Source of the DNA: an uncultured Bacteroidota bacterium
GTDB lineage: Bacteria > Bacteroidota > Bacteroidia > Flavobacteriales > Schleiferiaceae
DNA: 64,000 nt
Assembly: GCA_913057235.1 (NCBI GenBank)
Contig: CAJXNI010000013.1
Span: 10,005-74,004 of the forward strand
Direction: 5' to 3'
How positions within the stretch are numbered: position 1 is the first letter of the stretch; every line of letters starts with the position of its first letter. The notes below the pieces were generated by a model. The model saw only the letters and a list, made by a program, of their open reading frames with translations. It was not told where the DNA came from and searched no databases. Below are positions 46,620 through 56,637 of the stretch, one piece after another. The translations under genes and the position numbers were made by a program.

Positions 46620-47776
46620 AATGCATCCAATTTTTGAAAAGCCTCTTCGGCTCTAAGTTTACAGCTTCGCCAAGAGTGCTTTTGCGCAAAGGCCAGCATA
46701 GCGGATTTGTGCGCTTCATAATTCTCAAAAACACTTTTTACACCTTCCTTAGTTTCAGCCTCATTGCGTACCTCTAAAATAGGCGGTTGCAAAGTGTCAA
46801 ACTCTTCATGCGGAGTGCACAAAACCGGCAGGCCTGCAGCGGCATACTCATACAACTTCAATGGGTGTTGGCCCTTGTAAATTTCTTGTCTACTACGATC
46901 ATAGGTCATAATACCTAACTGTGCATGACGTAGATAAGCGGGCACCTCGGCAGCTTTGATGGGTCCCAGGAAATGAGTGTTGGAGTGTTTTTCCACAAAC
47001 TCAGGAAGCCAATCACAGGGCGGGCCAATCAGCACTACAGAACCACCTCTTTCTTGCATAGCTTGGCTTAAAGCCGATAGCATCGACTGGTCTAGCTTGC
47101 GGGTTAGACCAATCCACATGGCAACTGGTCCTTTTATATTTTCTAGAGCTGTTGGTTTTGCAACCGTGCCTTCATACTGATCTAAGTGCACGCCCTGACC
47201 CAAGTTGGTAATTTTCTCAGCCGGTACTTGAAATTTTTCTTGCAAATAATTCTGCAAGGCCTGGCCAATCACAAAAAGATGATCGGCTTTTTGATAATCA
47301 GTTTTTTCTAGGTACTCAATACCGCTTCCGCGATAAGCAGAATACATGTCTACCACGTGAAAAAAGAGCTTAGCTTTGGGGTATATTCGCTTTAAAGCAC
47401 TGCTGCCCGGGATGGTGGTCCAAATAATCTGAGGGGCTCCATGACCACCCGCACTTACCAATTTTTTAATGCTAGGCATAGCGGTCAGGTAACTGTTGGC
47501 AGCAGTAAGCTGTGCCAAAGTCTTACCTTTATTATCCATATGCGGTATAGCAGATAAGGCTCCGGTTACCCAAATATTTCCTTCAAAACGAGAACCTAAT
47601 TTATAGGTATGGTAATAGCCTTTACGCAAGGCCAAATGGGCCAAATTGCTGTTGGCCTGCAAATAGGTTACGGGGTAGCCCGCCTCGCTGAAAAGCTGGG
47701 CATAGGTTTTAGTGCTGCACTGCAATTCACTCTGCCAGGGGGTGGGCCTATGAAAAAGAATATGGGGCTTACTCAT
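46616..47776 (-). CDS. Glycosyltransferase, GT-B fold (TuaH-like)
   Basis: The C-terminal PLKLYEYAAAGLPVLCTP motif. I prefer the Met at 47776 (MSKPHILFH...), since the track start at 47863 would overlap the upstream gene by 80 nt. Confidence 0.65.
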   Translation of the reverse strand: MSKPHILFHRPTPWQSELQCSTKTYAQLFSEAGYPVTYLQANSNLAHLALRKGYYHTYKLGSRFEGNIWVTGALSAIPHMDNKGKTLAQLTAANSYLTAMPSIKKLVSAGGHGAPQIIWTTIPGSSALKRIYPKAKLFFHVVDMYSAYRGSGIEYLEKTDYQKADHLFVIGQALQNYLQEKFQVPAEKITNLGQGVHLDQYEGTVAKPTALENIKGPVAMWIGLTRKLDQSMLSALSQAMQERGGSVVLIGPPCDWLPEFVEKHSNTHFLGPIKAAEVPAYLRHAQLGIMTYDRSRQEIYKGQHPLKLYEYAAAGLPVLCTPHEEFDTLQPPILEVRNEAETKEGVKSVFENYEAHKSAMLAFAQKHSWRSCKLRAEEAFQKLDAL

Positions 47777-47783
47777 CAAAGGC

Positions 47784-48629
47784 TTATTGAGAATTTCTCC
47801 TTTTTTGCCACTGATCTGCAATGTTCTTTTCCAATTCTGCTCTGGAAACTCGGTTCTGTTCATCCCAAACTAAAGCAGCCGACTTAAAGCTGGCACTGGC
47901 CGAGTGCATAGCACTTAAAATTCCCAGGCTGCCGTCTCGATAGCCTTTTTTGTAGATGTATTTGTAAATGAATTCTTTCACAAAGGCCTTAAGTAAGGCG
48001 CTCCCCGTTATCTTTTTATTGCTTTTGCGAATGCGGGCAGCAACCTCTTTCTGGTATTGGGTGCTTTTCTGCAGTCTCTCGGCATAGGTGCTGTCATTAA
48101 AATGATGCATCAGTTCCTGAAGCTGCTCTATTTCCTGGGCATGGGCCTCAAGCTTTATTTCTTCATGAAACATGCCGTCAAAACGTAAAACCTCTCTTTT
48201 AGCAAGATGTACTAAATTCCAGTCGGCCCAGCCGCCTCCTTTCATAGGGCGGTGCAAAAAGTAGTTCAGTCTTCTAAACTTGAAAGCTTTCACCCCAGGC
48301 TTTGCTATTCGCAGCAGAATCTCATCGGCCAAAGCCGGAGTTACTCTTTCATCAATATCCATGTGCAACAACCAATCACTCTCCGCAGCATCAATGCCTT
48401 TGTTGCGTTGTTGGGCATAATATTCTCTCTCTTTTCTGGGTGAACTTAAAAACTTCACTTTAGGTGCATACTTTGCCGCAATGGCTTGGGTAGCATCGGT
48501 TGATCCATCGTCTACAATCACCACCTCGTTTACCCAGTGACACAAATGCTCTAAAAAGCCGGGGAGATCTTCTTCCTCATTATAGGAAATAGCTACTACG
48601 CCTAAAGTTGGTTGCTTGGTTTGCTCCAA
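47784..48629 (-). CDS. Glycosyltransferase family 2
   Basis: VVAISYNEEEDLPGFLEH, VIVDDGSTDAT and HMDIDE (DxD-type). Confidence 0.85.
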   Translation of the reverse strand: MEQTKQPTLGVVAISYNEEEDLPGFLEHLCHWVNEVVIVDDGSTDATQAIAAKYAPKVKFLSSPRKEREYYAQQRNKGIDAAESDWLLHMDIDERVTPALADEILLRIAKPGVKAFKFRRLNYFLHRPMKGGGWADWNLVHLAKREVLRFDGMFHEEIKLEAHAQEIEQLQELMHHFNDSTYAERLQKSTQYQKEVAARIRKSNKKITGSALLKAFVKEFIYKYIYKKGYRDGSLGILSAMHSASASFKSAALVWDEQNRVSRAELEKNIADQWQKRRNSQ

Positions 48630-49559
48630 TTACTGTTTGTTTTTCATTCTTAAGCGGAGGGGCGTCACCACCCTATCGCGCAAGCGTGTTTTAAAAAGGT
48701 TCACTTTTGCCTCCCATTTGCGTTTACCTTTTGTCCAGGCAGAAGGTTCTGGTTTAGGTGGGTTAAATAGCTCCGCTTGGGTATAGCCGAAATAATGAGC
48801 CAGCTGTTTTACCATAGGGTCCAATTGCAAGGTAAACTGCCGGTCTTCCTTCCACTTTTCCAAGGATTTAGCATGGGCTCCTGATCCGCTGGAATTATTT
48901 TGAGGCAGGCCTAAAAAGTCAAAAACCTGCGTAAAGAGTGACTTTGGATCACTTATGAGGTCTTCATATTTCACGGATAAAAACTGCTCTTTAGGGACCA
49001 TGCTCTTGAAGGTGAGCAGGTTTTTTTGGTTTTCCAGCCATCCAAACTGTCTTTTCTCTGGTTCGGTATAAAAGAGTTGAAAAGCTGAGTATTGCACGGA
49101 AAGTGGATTGCGGGTAAGCCCGATGAATTTTACCTGATAACTGGTTTGCCGTGACCACTCTAACAAAAGACTTAGGCAAGCCCAATGTGCGATGTATTGC
49201 GGGGATTTCTCAAAAAAAACAGGCTGGGCAAACTTTTCACAAAGTGCATCCCAACCTTTAAAAATGAGCTCTTTGGCGTCTTTGGGTACTTCAAAATCCG
49301 GAATATTCCCGCGTATGGTATCTATGGTGTAGCTGCGGGCATTCTCCAGTGTGCCATACCCCCCATATACTTTTTTTCCAGAAAAGCCTTCGGCTGAAGC
49401 CTTAGTGATAACGGCCCCTTTGAGCCAATGGTGAGTTTCTAAATAGGTGTGAGAGGAATAGTCTACGGTTTGTATTTGCGGGTGCTTGCAAATTTCACGC
49501 TGAAAAAGAGTAGAGCCTGAACGCTTATCAGAGAGTAGTATGCAAACGGTTTTGTTCAA
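48630..49559 (-). CDS. Sulfotransferase (K/R-x-G-S-T P-loop type)
   Basis: 5'-PSB-like ILLSDKRSGSTLF near the N-terminus and 3'-PB-like GLTRNPLSVQYS. Confidence 0.75.
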   Translation of the reverse strand: MNKTVCILLSDKRSGSTLFQREICKHPQIQTVDYSSHTYLETHHWLKGAVITKASAEGFSGKKVYGGYGTLENARSYTIDTIRGNIPDFEVPKDAKELIFKGWDALCEKFAQPVFFEKSPQYIAHWACLSLLLEWSRQTSYQVKFIGLTRNPLSVQYSAFQLFYTEPEKRQFGWLENQKNLLTFKSMVPKEQFLSVKYEDLISDPKSLFTQVFDFLGLPQNNSSGSGAHAKSLEKWKEDRQFTLQLDPMVKQLAHYFGYTQAELFNPPKPEPSAWTKGKRKWEAKVNLFKTRLRDRVVTPLRLRMKNKQ

Positions 49560-49560
49560 A

Positions 49561-50367
49561 CTAATAGCCGTGTTGTAAAATGATCAACCGCTCCCTATTT
49601 TTTACTAGTTGGTAATTTTCAGCCGTGTAAAAATCTTCAAAAGGTTTTGAGCCACTAGAGTTCGTTCTTTCCATGGACTTAATTTCACTTGTAAGTTCAT
49701 CACTAAGAGTATAGTTTAGTTTCTCTAATACACTTAATAATTGGCCTGTTAAGTCATGTTGATGAATAAAATCATCTACCATGCACATTGCGCCCCAATC
49801 GGTAAGTAGAGTATCTAGTTCCATTTTCTCCTTTTCAAAGATCCAAGCTTCTTTTTTTATGTATAGCAACACATATCTAAATGTTAAAAGGCCTGAGTGC
49901 TCGGAGATCGGACTTCGAAAATAATTTTCTCCAATGGCCTTACTATTCCTTGAATCAAGTATTGATAATAGCCATAGATTAAAATTCTCTTTAGTTTTTT
50001 CGGCATAAACCTTTTGCCAAACAGAGGTGCTACGGGTGGCCTCATCCCAAAGATCGATAAACAAAGAACCGATAGAAGTATGATAGGCCTGCTTGTACCA
50101 CTTAAGTTTTATACCAAAATGATTTCGAGTGATTAGCCGCTCAAATAAACCTCCCTTGCGAAGGCAGCCATAGGTCCAAAGTGACACATAATAAGAGAAT
50201 GGATCTCTTATTGAGCCTATAACATGTTGATTACCATGTATGGGCGCCTGCAATCTTCCATGTTTGGGACCTCGATCAAAACTATCAACCTTTTCTAAAA
50301 CCCGTGAAATATGAGTACCTCCGGTTTTCTGCAAGTGAACAAAAGCAAGTTTATTGTTGTAGAGCAC
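49561..50367 (-). CDS. Sulfotransferase (family-2-like, K-T-G-G-T P-loop type)
   Basis: FVHLQKTGGTHISRVL resembles the HxPKTGGT motif of carbohydrate sulfotransferase family 2, and SIRDPFSYYVSLW resembles the RDPxxRxxS 3'-PB block. Confidence 0.7.
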   Translation of the reverse strand: MLYNNKLAFVHLQKTGGTHISRVLEKVDSFDRGPKHGRLQAPIHGNQHVIGSIRDPFSYYVSLWTYGCLRKGGLFERLITRNHFGIKLKWYKQAYHTSIGSLFIDLWDEATRSTSVWQKVYAEKTKENFNLWLLSILDSRNSKAIGENYFRSPISEHSGLLTFRYVLLYIKKEAWIFEKEKMELDTLLTDWGAMCMVDDFIHQHDLTGQLLSVLEKLNYTLSDELTSEIKSMERTNSSGSKPFEDFYTAENYQLVKNRERLIILQHGY

Positions 50368-51748
50368 TTCTCTTTTTCAGGAATTGATGATATTTAAATT
50401 GAATATAGGAATAACGTTTAAGTAAAAATGGCGTAAACCCAACTATATAAGCCAAACCATAAATAAAGATATATAGATAAAAGCCTCTTGGGTTAGTAAC
50501 CATTCCATGTGTAGTTAGCATCCAGGGTAAAAGAGCTAATAAAGAAACAACCGAGGCAGACAAAGCCGCCTTGGCCATTGGATTTCTTTCTTTTTTGGCC
50601 ATGCCTAGATTTCTGATAATTAGGCCAAAGACTAAAACGAAAATAACAATAGAATAAGAAATACCATAGGTGTAGAAGCCTTTGGCAAATGCTGAATGGG
50701 TTGCGGCCTCCCTTTCATCATAAATCCTTTGAATACCGGTTCCTCGTCTTTTTAGTCGGAAAGCGGCATTACCTTCCCCGAGAATTATGAAAGTGGGGCG
50801 GTTTAGCATGAAGACAAAAGGCTCTGTGAAGGACTGTAGTCGCTCCTTTTCACTTTTGGCTAATTCTCCCTCCTGAAAAACAGCCGCTGTTCTTCGTTCA
50901 ATTCGATCAAACATGAAATACTCTTGATTGCCCCAGGCATAAGCTAAAAAAACACTCAGCAAAATAATTAAAGGAATGAGGGTCTTACGAATTTTGGCCG
51001 AGCCCAAAAATAAAAACCCCATTAGTACTAATAGCAAGCCCAGTAAACCTCCTCTGCTGTAACCTAAGAAAACACCGAGAGGACCAACAATTAGAAACAT
51101 GTTAAATACCCTTACCGAACCTTTTATTATTCTTTTAGCATAAACCCTAGCAAAAAAAGCATAAGGCAAAATTGTATTGATAAAGGCAGCGGTTAGATTA
51201 GAAGTTCCAATAAGTGATCGACCACGAACGGCACCTTCTAAACCTTCTAATGTATCATCAGGAGGGGCCAAAAAGGGATTAGAGAAAATGATACCATTTA
51301 CAATGGATCTTGTAAAAGGTAAAGAGGCCAAAACAATAGTTATAGCAGAAATTAAAGCCCCTAAAGTCGCTACCTTAATAATAATCACTAATAACCTATG
51401 ATCAATTAAGAGTTTACTTATGGAAAAAGCAATTGTTATACCGGCAACAAACCGAACAAGCATGTAGATTGACTCTAACGGGTAGCCATACACAAATAGT
51501 CCTTGCAACTCACTTAAGCTGGCTGACACCAGAAGTAAGAACAAAAGACCTGCTGTCTTAATAGTAAAACCTTTTTGCGTTGTAACGTAAAGGTACGAAC
51601 CTAGAATAAACGCATCAATTACATAGAATGGGAGACTGGGTATTAATCTAGCTCTTGGAAAGGCAAAAAGCATGAAAACAAAAACCAAGAAAAACTTAAA
51701 AGCAAGCCTTCGGTTATTTGGTAAATATTTTGCGGAATTCTCAAACAA
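50351..51748 (-). CDS. O-antigen polymerase/ligase-like (Wzy-type) polytopic membrane protein
   Basis: More than 10 hydrophobic helices, and GYSRGGLLGLLLVLMGFLF resembles the Wzy_C core. It sits in the middle of the glycan locus. Confidence 0.7.
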   Translation of the reverse strand: MFENSAKYLPNNRRLAFKFFLVFVFMLFAFPRARLIPSLPFYVIDAFILGSYLYVTTQKGFTIKTAGLLFLLLVSASLSELQGLFVYGYPLESIYMLVRFVAGITIAFSISKLLIDHRLLVIIIKVATLGALISAITIVLASLPFTRSIVNGIIFSNPFLAPPDDTLEGLEGAVRGRSLIGTSNLTAAFINTILPYAFFARVYAKRIIKGSVRVFNMFLIVGPLGVFLGYSRGGLLGLLLVLMGFLFLGSAKIRKTLIPLIILLSVFLAYAWGNQEYFMFDRIERRTAAVFQEGELAKSEKERLQSFTEPFVFMLNRPTFIILGEGNAAFRLKRRGTGIQRIYDEREAATHSAFAKGFYTYGISYSIVIFVLVFGLIIRNLGMAKKERNPMAKAALSASVVSLLALLPWMLTTHGMVTNPRGFYLYIFIYGLAYIVGFTPFLLKRYSYIQFKYHQFLKKRSALQQ

Positions 51749-52829
51749 TTCCTTTCAAATTAAAATAATGTTTAAAATATTTTTCCGCCATTGCCTGACT
51801 GCTGAACTTTAAAGAGTGTACAAAAGCCTCGCGGGCAAAGCTCCTATATTTTTCAAAATTCACCAATACTTCTTCCAAAACCTCTGCAATTTCTGAAATG
51901 TCTTGAGGATCTACCAATCTGGCAAAAGGGAGCGTACTTTCGTTAATATAAACCAGCTCCTTTAAACCAGCCACATTGCTGAGCACCACGGGAAGCGATG
52001 CATTCATAGCTTCAACAGCGGCTAGACCAAAGCCTTCCCAGGCAGAAGGCATGAAAAACAGGTCGCCTTGTTTGAGAAAACCATCAATTGGATCACAGCG
52101 GCCGCAAAACTTCACCCTTTGATTTAGACCAAGGTGATTGACCAGTTTTTTCAAAGGTTCAAGATCTTTACCTTCCCCAGCTATATGATACTCCCAGTTC
52201 AAATGAGCGATGAGGGATAATGCATGAAGAGCTATTCGATAATTCTTTGCCTCCCGCAATGAACCAACGGATACTATTCTAATTACTTTGGGGACTTTTC
52301 TTTTTATTGGTTCCGAAAAAAATAAGGGAGTACCATTTTCAACAACGAGTATTTTTGTTTCATCTACTATTCCGCGACTAAGTAGCGAATCCCTAACTCC
52401 ATTGCTAATGGCAAAGACCCTGTGGTAGCTTCTAAAAATAAATTTATCTAGGATTCTGCCATACCATTTATCCCTCCTCCTATTAGAGGTACTATGTTCG
52501 GTAATAACAAGCCGTCCTCTCAACAGCCCTAGCCTCTTAAAAATAGCTAGATATAGAATCGCAGGAAATAGATGACCGTGAAAAATTACCTGATTATCAC
52601 TAATTCGCTTTAACTCATTAAGCAATTTAAATACTGCCTTAAAACCGTAAGGTGAGTCATTTGCTAAGGTTTTGGAATTAGCTAGGTCTTCTATCTCTAT
52701 ATCATTATGGTACAGGCCTAACACCTTTGAAGGAAAACCACGATCTAAAGAGGCCGAGTGAATATACCTTACAATACGCTCTGCTCCACCAATAGTAGGA
52801 CTATAACTATTGCAAACATGCACAATCAT
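51741..52829 (-). CDS. Glycosyltransferase family 4
   Basis: MPSAWEGFGLAAVEAMNASLPVVLSN. Confidence 0.85.
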   Translation of the reverse strand: MIVHVCNSYSPTIGGAERIVRYIHSASLDRGFPSKVLGLYHNDIEIEDLANSKTLANDSPYGFKAVFKLLNELKRISDNQVIFHGHLFPAILYLAIFKRLGLLRGRLVITEHSTSNRRRDKWYGRILDKFIFRSYHRVFAISNGVRDSLLSRGIVDETKILVVENGTPLFFSEPIKRKVPKVIRIVSVGSLREAKNYRIALHALSLIAHLNWEYHIAGEGKDLEPLKKLVNHLGLNQRVKFCGRCDPIDGFLKQGDLFFMPSAWEGFGLAAVEAMNASLPVVLSNVAGLKELVYINESTLPFARLVDPQDISEIAEVLEEVLVNFEKYRSFAREAFVHSLKFSSQAMAEKYFKHYFNLKGIV

Positions 52830-52843
52830 TTGACAAAATAAGG

Positions 52844-53932
52844 CTAAATATTAGTGTGATTTTTAGAAATAACTTCATATATTCTTCCTAGCCGTTCTCT
52901 GTAATTCTGCCAGCTATTTTGTACAGCCTTAAGTCTAGCTTTTTTACCAATGCTGCTTCTAAGTTTTTTAGAGCTGTAAAGCTCTTGCATCAGATTTGCA
53001 AGACTTTTAAAATCTTCTTGTATAAGAATAAAGCCATCCTTCTTATCTTCTATTATTGACCCCGACTCATCAGTGGTAATAACAGGCAGTCCCGAAGCCA
53101 TTGCCTCATAAACACATTTAGCGGAACCTTCTTTTTTACTGGGGAAGACAAAAATATGCGCTTGATTATACTCATGCACAAGCTCTTGCCAATTTAAAAA
53201 TCCTTTTAATATTAAGTTTTTTGGCTTTAGTTGAATCATTAAGTCTTTAAAGTAGGATGTATTTTTTCCATGGCCACATAAGACTAAATCGGCATTTGGT
53301 AAGTCAGCCAGATTCCATGCTAGCAGTAACTCTTTTATGCCCTTACGATCATTCAAGGTCCCAGAAAACATAAAGCGTATGCGCCCTTCAACTTTCGCCA
53401 CAGGTTTGAAAGTATCGATATCAACACCGAAGGGGTGGTAAAATAATCTTTCCTCAGGTATTCCTATCCCTAAAGCCTTTTTGTAAAGAGGTCTAGAGGG
53501 AACGCAAACATAATCCACATATTGCAAATCCTTACCGGGCCAAATATTCATTGCTACATCTAAAATAGTAACGGCTCCTAATTCTTTAGCTTTTCTAAAA
53601 CAAGCAGGTGAGCGATCCCATGAATGGTAGATATCACAAGACTTTATGTTTAGAAGACTTGCTTGTTCAAAGCGCTTTATTTTGTCATTGTAAGATTTCC
53701 GCTTTATTCCTATCACCCTTGCCAAATAGCTAATCAACCTATCTCTGAATAAAAAAGCAACCCCTAGTTCTTCGACCATTGATGCTGGCAGATTGCTCCT
53801 GTTTTTTGTGCAAAGAAGGCTTACTATGTAGTTCTCTTCTTTAGCCATAGTAGCTGCATTATACGCTACCGCTCCCATTCCTGAAGTTTCTTGAATAGTT
53901 GCATTTATATGTTGAAGAACTTTTAAATTCAT
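52844..53932 (-). CDS. Glycosyltransferase family 4
   Basis: FPSKKEGSAKCVYEAMASGLPVITTD. Confidence 0.8.
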   Translation of the reverse strand: MNLKVLQHINATIQETSGMGAVAYNAATMAKEENYIVSLLCTKNRSNLPASMVEELGVAFLFRDRLISYLARVIGIKRKSYNDKIKRFEQASLLNIKSCDIYHSWDRSPACFRKAKELGAVTILDVAMNIWPGKDLQYVDYVCVPSRPLYKKALGIGIPEERLFYHPFGVDIDTFKPVAKVEGRIRFMFSGTLNDRKGIKELLLAWNLADLPNADLVLCGHGKNTSYFKDLMIQLKPKNLILKGFLNWQELVHEYNQAHIFVFPSKKEGSAKCVYEAMASGLPVITTDESGSIIEDKKDGFILIQEDFKSLANLMQELYSSKKLRSSIGKKARLKAVQNSWQNYRERLGRIYEVISKNHTNI

Positions 53933-53955
53933 GGAGTTTTTAACTAATATTTTGC

Positions 53956-54804
53956 TTACCGAAAATCTTTCCAGTCTAATTTAAGCGAGAATAATTCTTT
54001 TAACTCTTGTACATCCTCGTAAAAAATTGAAGTTAAGTTTTCGCGGTCTTCTAAAGTTATTCTATAGTTATTTTTCTTTGACTCACCCTTTCCAAGCAAA
54101 TTTTTTCCACCATATCTTATAACCGCATTTGGAATAAAGTCAAGATTATATTTCCTCATTTTTTGGGTAAGTAAATGGGCGTATCTCGCTGTTTTCTTAT
54201 ATTTTGGAATTACGCTTTGGTTTTTTTTTCGTACAGAAATGAAGTCCTCTTCAAGGTTAAAGAAGTCTTTTAGCTGGGAATATATCGCAGACGGTCTTTC
54301 AACAATTTCCTCAAATGGGATAATTAAGAATTGTTCACGATGAAAATGCTGAAGATATTGCTTTAAAAATTTTGCATAAAGGCCATTTTCTATTGCTAGT
54401 GATCTAAGCTTTCCTTGCCTATTAGAATAAAATTGCATGAATGTAATACTTTCATTGTGAAGTTGAATATGCCATTTATAATGCGAGTATGCCCTGTCAA
54501 TGGGGTTCCTCACAGTCATAACTATTTTTTTTATGGTTCCCAATTCAGCAATACGCCTGGGTGCCTGAGGCTCCCGTAAATAACCGGGCGTAATTTCTCC
54601 ATACCATTTACAGCCGCTTTTTAGAATTTGGTGTTCGGGAAAAAAGGACTCATAAAACTTAGGGCCTTTATCATAAAAGCGTGTGAAGTACTGTACTTCT
54701 TTACGTTTGGAGGGCAAATAAAAATCTGGGTGCGATTTTAAAACTTCATGAAGCCAAGTTGACCCACCCCTCACGGCACCGATACCTAGAAAATTGGGTT
54801 TCAC
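53956..54804 (-). CDS. Sulfotransferase (heparan-N-sulfotransferase-like motifs)
   Basis: 5'-PSB FLGIGAVRGGSTWLHEVL and 3'-PB TVRNPIDRAYSHYKW. Confidence 0.8.
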   Translation of the reverse strand: MKPNFLGIGAVRGGSTWLHEVLKSHPDFYLPSKRKEVQYFTRFYDKGPKFYESFFPEHQILKSGCKWYGEITPGYLREPQAPRRIAELGTIKKIVMTVRNPIDRAYSHYKWHIQLHNESITFMQFYSNRQGKLRSLAIENGLYAKFLKQYLQHFHREQFLIIPFEEIVERPSAIYSQLKDFFNLEEDFISVRKKNQSVIPKYKKTARYAHLLTQKMRKYNLDFIPNAVIRYGGKNLLGKGESKKNNYRITLEDRENLTSIFYEDVQELKELFSLKLDWKDFR

Positions 54805-56021
54805 TTCTTTAAAACTGCGCTTTTAAAATTCTTAATTTTTGTAACCAATGAGGCCGGTAAATAATCACTTAGACCAGTTTCAAAATTTGGATCTGGTGTG
54901 AATTCTGACCAGCTTTTAGGTTCATGGAATTTTGCCTGGGCAACCACCTCTTTGAATAAATTGGCATAGGCCTTGGCAGCTATAGTATTAGTAAAATACT
55001 TAAGCGCCTTATCGGCAGATGCCTTAGAAAGATTATCCAGTAAAGCTCGGTTATCATTTAAACTGGCTATTGATTCAGCAAATCCAGCATAGTCTTTGGT
55101 TGTGTGTACAAAGCCATTTTTCTGGTGATCAATAATAAAATCAGTGGTGCCTTCAATGAGCCAGCTTACAGGCACCATACCTGCCATCATAGCTTCTAAC
55201 AAAGTGTTAGGGCAACCTTCAAAGTGTGAAGTGAACAACAAAATATCCTGGGTGCCCATGAAGTCTGCCAGCTCATCGGCCTTAAGAGCCCCCATAAATT
55301 CTACACTTCCTTCATGCAAGTAAATCTCCAACAGGTCTTTTAAAATAGACTTGTGCCTTCCTTTACCAGCAATAGAAAGCTTAAATGGTATATCTCTCTT
55401 TTTTAGGGCCTCTAAAATTTTGGGTATATGAAAAACCCCTTTTTGGGTATTTTCCAATCGTCCAATAAATGCTAACTGTAAAACCTTTTGCGCTCCTCTT
55501 TTGGCTTTTCGGGCTTGTTTATAGGCATCTGGATTTATACCGTTAGGTATAAGCTCAATCTCGTTAGCTGACACTCCGTAAGAAGTAATTAGATCTTGGC
55601 GAAGTTTAGGCGTAAGTGCAACTATGCGCTCCAAGCGCGGCTTTCCACTTAGGGTGATTTTGTAACCATGATCAAATCCATTGGCGCAACGCGCCAGTGC
55701 ATGAACCTGCTGGGGCAGGTGCTCTATGGCTGATAAAATGGGTCTTGAATTTATACCCATTACAATATCAATTTTAGCATCGCGCACCCACTTTACAAAG
55801 TGCTTGGCCTGTTTCTTTATTTTTAAACTTTTAGGTGCTAGTTTCACGCAGTTTTCATCGGCATAAGCCTTATCCCAAAGTTCGGCCTCTCTTTTACCTA
55901 CCGAAACGCAAAACATCTCTATGCCTTGCTTGGCTAGTTGAGGTCTAAGATTGCGGTAAAACGTAAAAGTGCCACTATCTTTGGGAATGGAAGCAAATGC
56001 TACTCTAATAGCCTTCTGCAC
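54801..56021 (-). CDS. Glycosyltransferase family 4
   Basis: FTSHFEGCPNTLLEAMMAGMVPVS. ATGA-type overlap with the downstream gene. Confidence 0.8.
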   Translation of the reverse strand: MQKAIRVAFASIPKDSGTFTFYRNLRPQLAKQGIEMFCVSVGKREAELWDKAYADENCVKLAPKSLKIKKQAKHFVKWVRDAKIDIVMGINSRPILSAIEHLPQQVHALARCANGFDHGYKITLSGKPRLERIVALTPKLRQDLITSYGVSANEIELIPNGINPDAYKQARKAKRGAQKVLQLAFIGRLENTQKGVFHIPKILEALKKRDIPFKLSIAGKGRHKSILKDLLEIYLHEGSVEFMGALKADELADFMGTQDILLFTSHFEGCPNTLLEAMMAGMVPVSWLIEGTTDFIIDHQKNGFVHTTKDYAGFAESIASLNDNRALLDNLSKASADKALKYFTNTIAAKAYANLFKEVVAQAKFHEPKSWSEFTPDPNFETGLSDYLPASLVTKIKNFKSAVLKK

Positions 56022-56025
56022 GTGA

Positions 56026-56631
56026 CTAAGCCCGTTTAATTTTATTTCTGATGAGCCTGCCTAAGCGCACTACCGATGAGGTACTTTTTGCTTGATTCAT
56101 GTGTGGAAAGTCAATCTCAGGAATTTCAAGTCCTAAGAAATCGCATAGCTCTTGCCAACCGTCTTCATCTTCCCAATTCACAATTAATAATTGATCTGGC
56201 TTATCCTTAAATAACTCGGTAACCTCTACAATATGGTTCCGGTAAAAATTCAAATACACTTCTTCATCGTCCCATGGGTTGGGAGAACCAAAAAACTGTT
56301 GACGTAAATATTCTGAGTTTTTGCGGGTATTTCTGGAAGTATGTTTTTGCAAGCTATTAAGCCATACCCGCTCATTTGCGCGTAAAGTGAGAACAAACTT
56401 AGCTTGCGGGTACTGCTCTAGTAAGTATTTGTAAATCACTGGCCAGGGCCAGTCTTCAAAACAGTCGTACTGGTCTATTTCTGCCTTTAAATCGCTGTAA
56501 TTCCCTCTGGCAATTTGGTTGATAAGTTGCAGATTGTAAGGGGCCTTTTTATAGCCCAAAATTTCAAAACAGCGGCCTAATGTTGATGTGCCTGTTTTGG
56601 GAAGACCTACTCCAAAAATTTTGTTAGCCAT
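56026..56631 (-). CDS. Sulfotransferase (short, K-T-G-T-S-T P-loop type)
   Basis: FGVGLPKTGTSTLGRCF at the N-terminus and a later LTLRANERVWLNS block. Length is 201 aa. Confidence 0.7.
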   Translation of the reverse strand: MANKIFGVGLPKTGTSTLGRCFEILGYKKAPYNLQLINQIARGNYSDLKAEIDQYDCFEDWPWPVIYKYLLEQYPQAKFVLTLRANERVWLNSLQKHTSRNTRKNSEYLRQQFFGSPNPWDDEEVYLNFYRNHIVEVTELFKDKPDQLLIVNWEDEDGWQELCDFLGLEIPEIDFPHMNQAKSTSSVVRLGRLIRNKIKRA

Positions 56632-56637
56632 ACATAA

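Noticed and set aside
46519-46734. 71-aa minus-strand ORF across the junction of two glycosyltransferase genes
   Set aside because: It is out of frame with, and fully overlapped by, two well-supported GT genes.
47777-47863. Longer start for the TuaH-like glycosyltransferase
   Set aside because: It would overlap the GT2 gene by 80 nt. The internal Met at 47776 leaves an 8-nt gap and removes a non-conserved-looking leader.
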